64,000 bases of DNA from Callorhinchus milii (lineage: Eukaryota). The DNA lies in the NCBI RefSeq assembly GCF_018977255.1, contig NW_024704743.1, positions 103,914,001 to 103,978,000 on the forward strand. The letters are read 5' to 3'. Made by a program: the position numbers and the translations under genes. Shown here piece by piece: positions 63,164-64,000 of this stretch; positions within the stretch are counted from its first letter, which is position 1; every line of letters starts with the position of its first letter. The notes below the pieces were generated by a model. The model had not been told where the DNA came from. It did not search any database and saw only the letters and a list, made by a program, of their open reading frames with translations.

Positions 63164-63518
63164 TAATAATAATCCTTGCATTTGATATAGCACCTTATCA
63201 CGTCTTTGAGACGTCTCAAAGCGCTTCACGGAATATACTGTAAAGTTAATTTACTGTATATTTTGTGCGGCAGCCAATTGGGCACAGAAGTGTCCCACAA
63301 ACTGTCGTGGATTGAGTGACCAATTTTTTTTTGAATGAAGAAATTATTACCCCGGAAAAGCAATCCACCAATCAACTAACAACCAGGTTTCTATTTACTA
63401 CTGGTAAACAGAGGCGTGTGGAGTAAGGAAACTTGCCCACCATTTTGCCTTGCCGGGAATCAAACCCAGGTTTTTCGCTTGTGAGGAGAGTGCTCTAACC
63501 ACTGAGCTACAGGACTCC
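63164..63518 (-). mobile_element. Young tRNA Deu SINE, long subtype, full length
   Basis: Tail through to gctctaaccactgagctacaggactcc. Confidence 0.9.
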
Positions 63519-64000
63519 GCGTATCATTGAAGACTCCACAAATATATCATTGAAGATGGTGCTAGACATGCATATTCATAACATATAATTTTTCTTTTTC
63601 TTCTGTTGGAGTTTATATTTTATTGCTGACAAGCTTTCTTTACCTGCACAATTGTGAACCCTGAGCTTCATTGTGTATGTAACAGTGGAGCACGGCAATG
63701 TACCAGAAAAGACCATTGTGGTCCATCTGGTTGACCTCAAAGTAAAACAAAAATGTACTATTCTATGCTTCATATTCCTCAGTCGATTTTTTTGCCAAAA
63801 TATCTGTCTAATTCCCTCTTAAAATTGTTGGCGCAATATGTCTTCAGCCTTTCCCTGGATAGATCATTCCATATATTCATCACACTGTATAAATTAATAC
63901 TCTTAACATCTAAGCAGTCTTCTGAACTTGAGTTGTTTCCCTCTTTATTACGTTTGTAACTATGTCAAACACATTATTTGGGTTCTGTTTATTTTATACC

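Noticed and set aside
63644..63735. Minus-strand exon encoding an FN3-like 'TVTYTMKLRVHNCAG'
   Set aside because: Rare GAG acceptor, only vague similarity, and no companion exons
1..64000. CRISPR array, prokaryotic operon or viral insert
   Set aside because: No regularly spaced repeats and no long or dense ORFs; composition and repeats are those of vertebrate non-coding DNA

Overview
AT-rich vertebrate genomic DNA, most likely from a cartilaginous fish (possibly a chimaera). This is inferred from the repeats: Deu-domain tRNA SINEs with L2-type tails, many L2 and CR1 3' fragments, and a shark-type Penelope terminal palindrome. No host protein-coding exon could be recognised. Every ORF with a recognisable product is a decayed L2/CR1 reverse-transcriptase piece or a short pogo/Tigger transposase N-terminus, so the window looks intronic or intergenic. 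Main observations: (1) an unclassified ~530-bp poly(A)-tailed, hairpin-containing retroposon in about 6 copies with 7-bp target-site duplications (TSDs); (2) a tRNA-Ala-like SINE whose subfamilies carry different 3' stem-loop loops, one matching the local L2 tail; (3) insertion junctions carrying DNA copied from nearby loci; (4) a Penelope-type hairpin with a decayed hammerhead core in its loop; (5) a nested Tigger/pogo element. Family names come from recalled consensus sequences, not database searches, and boundaries of old repeats are approximate.
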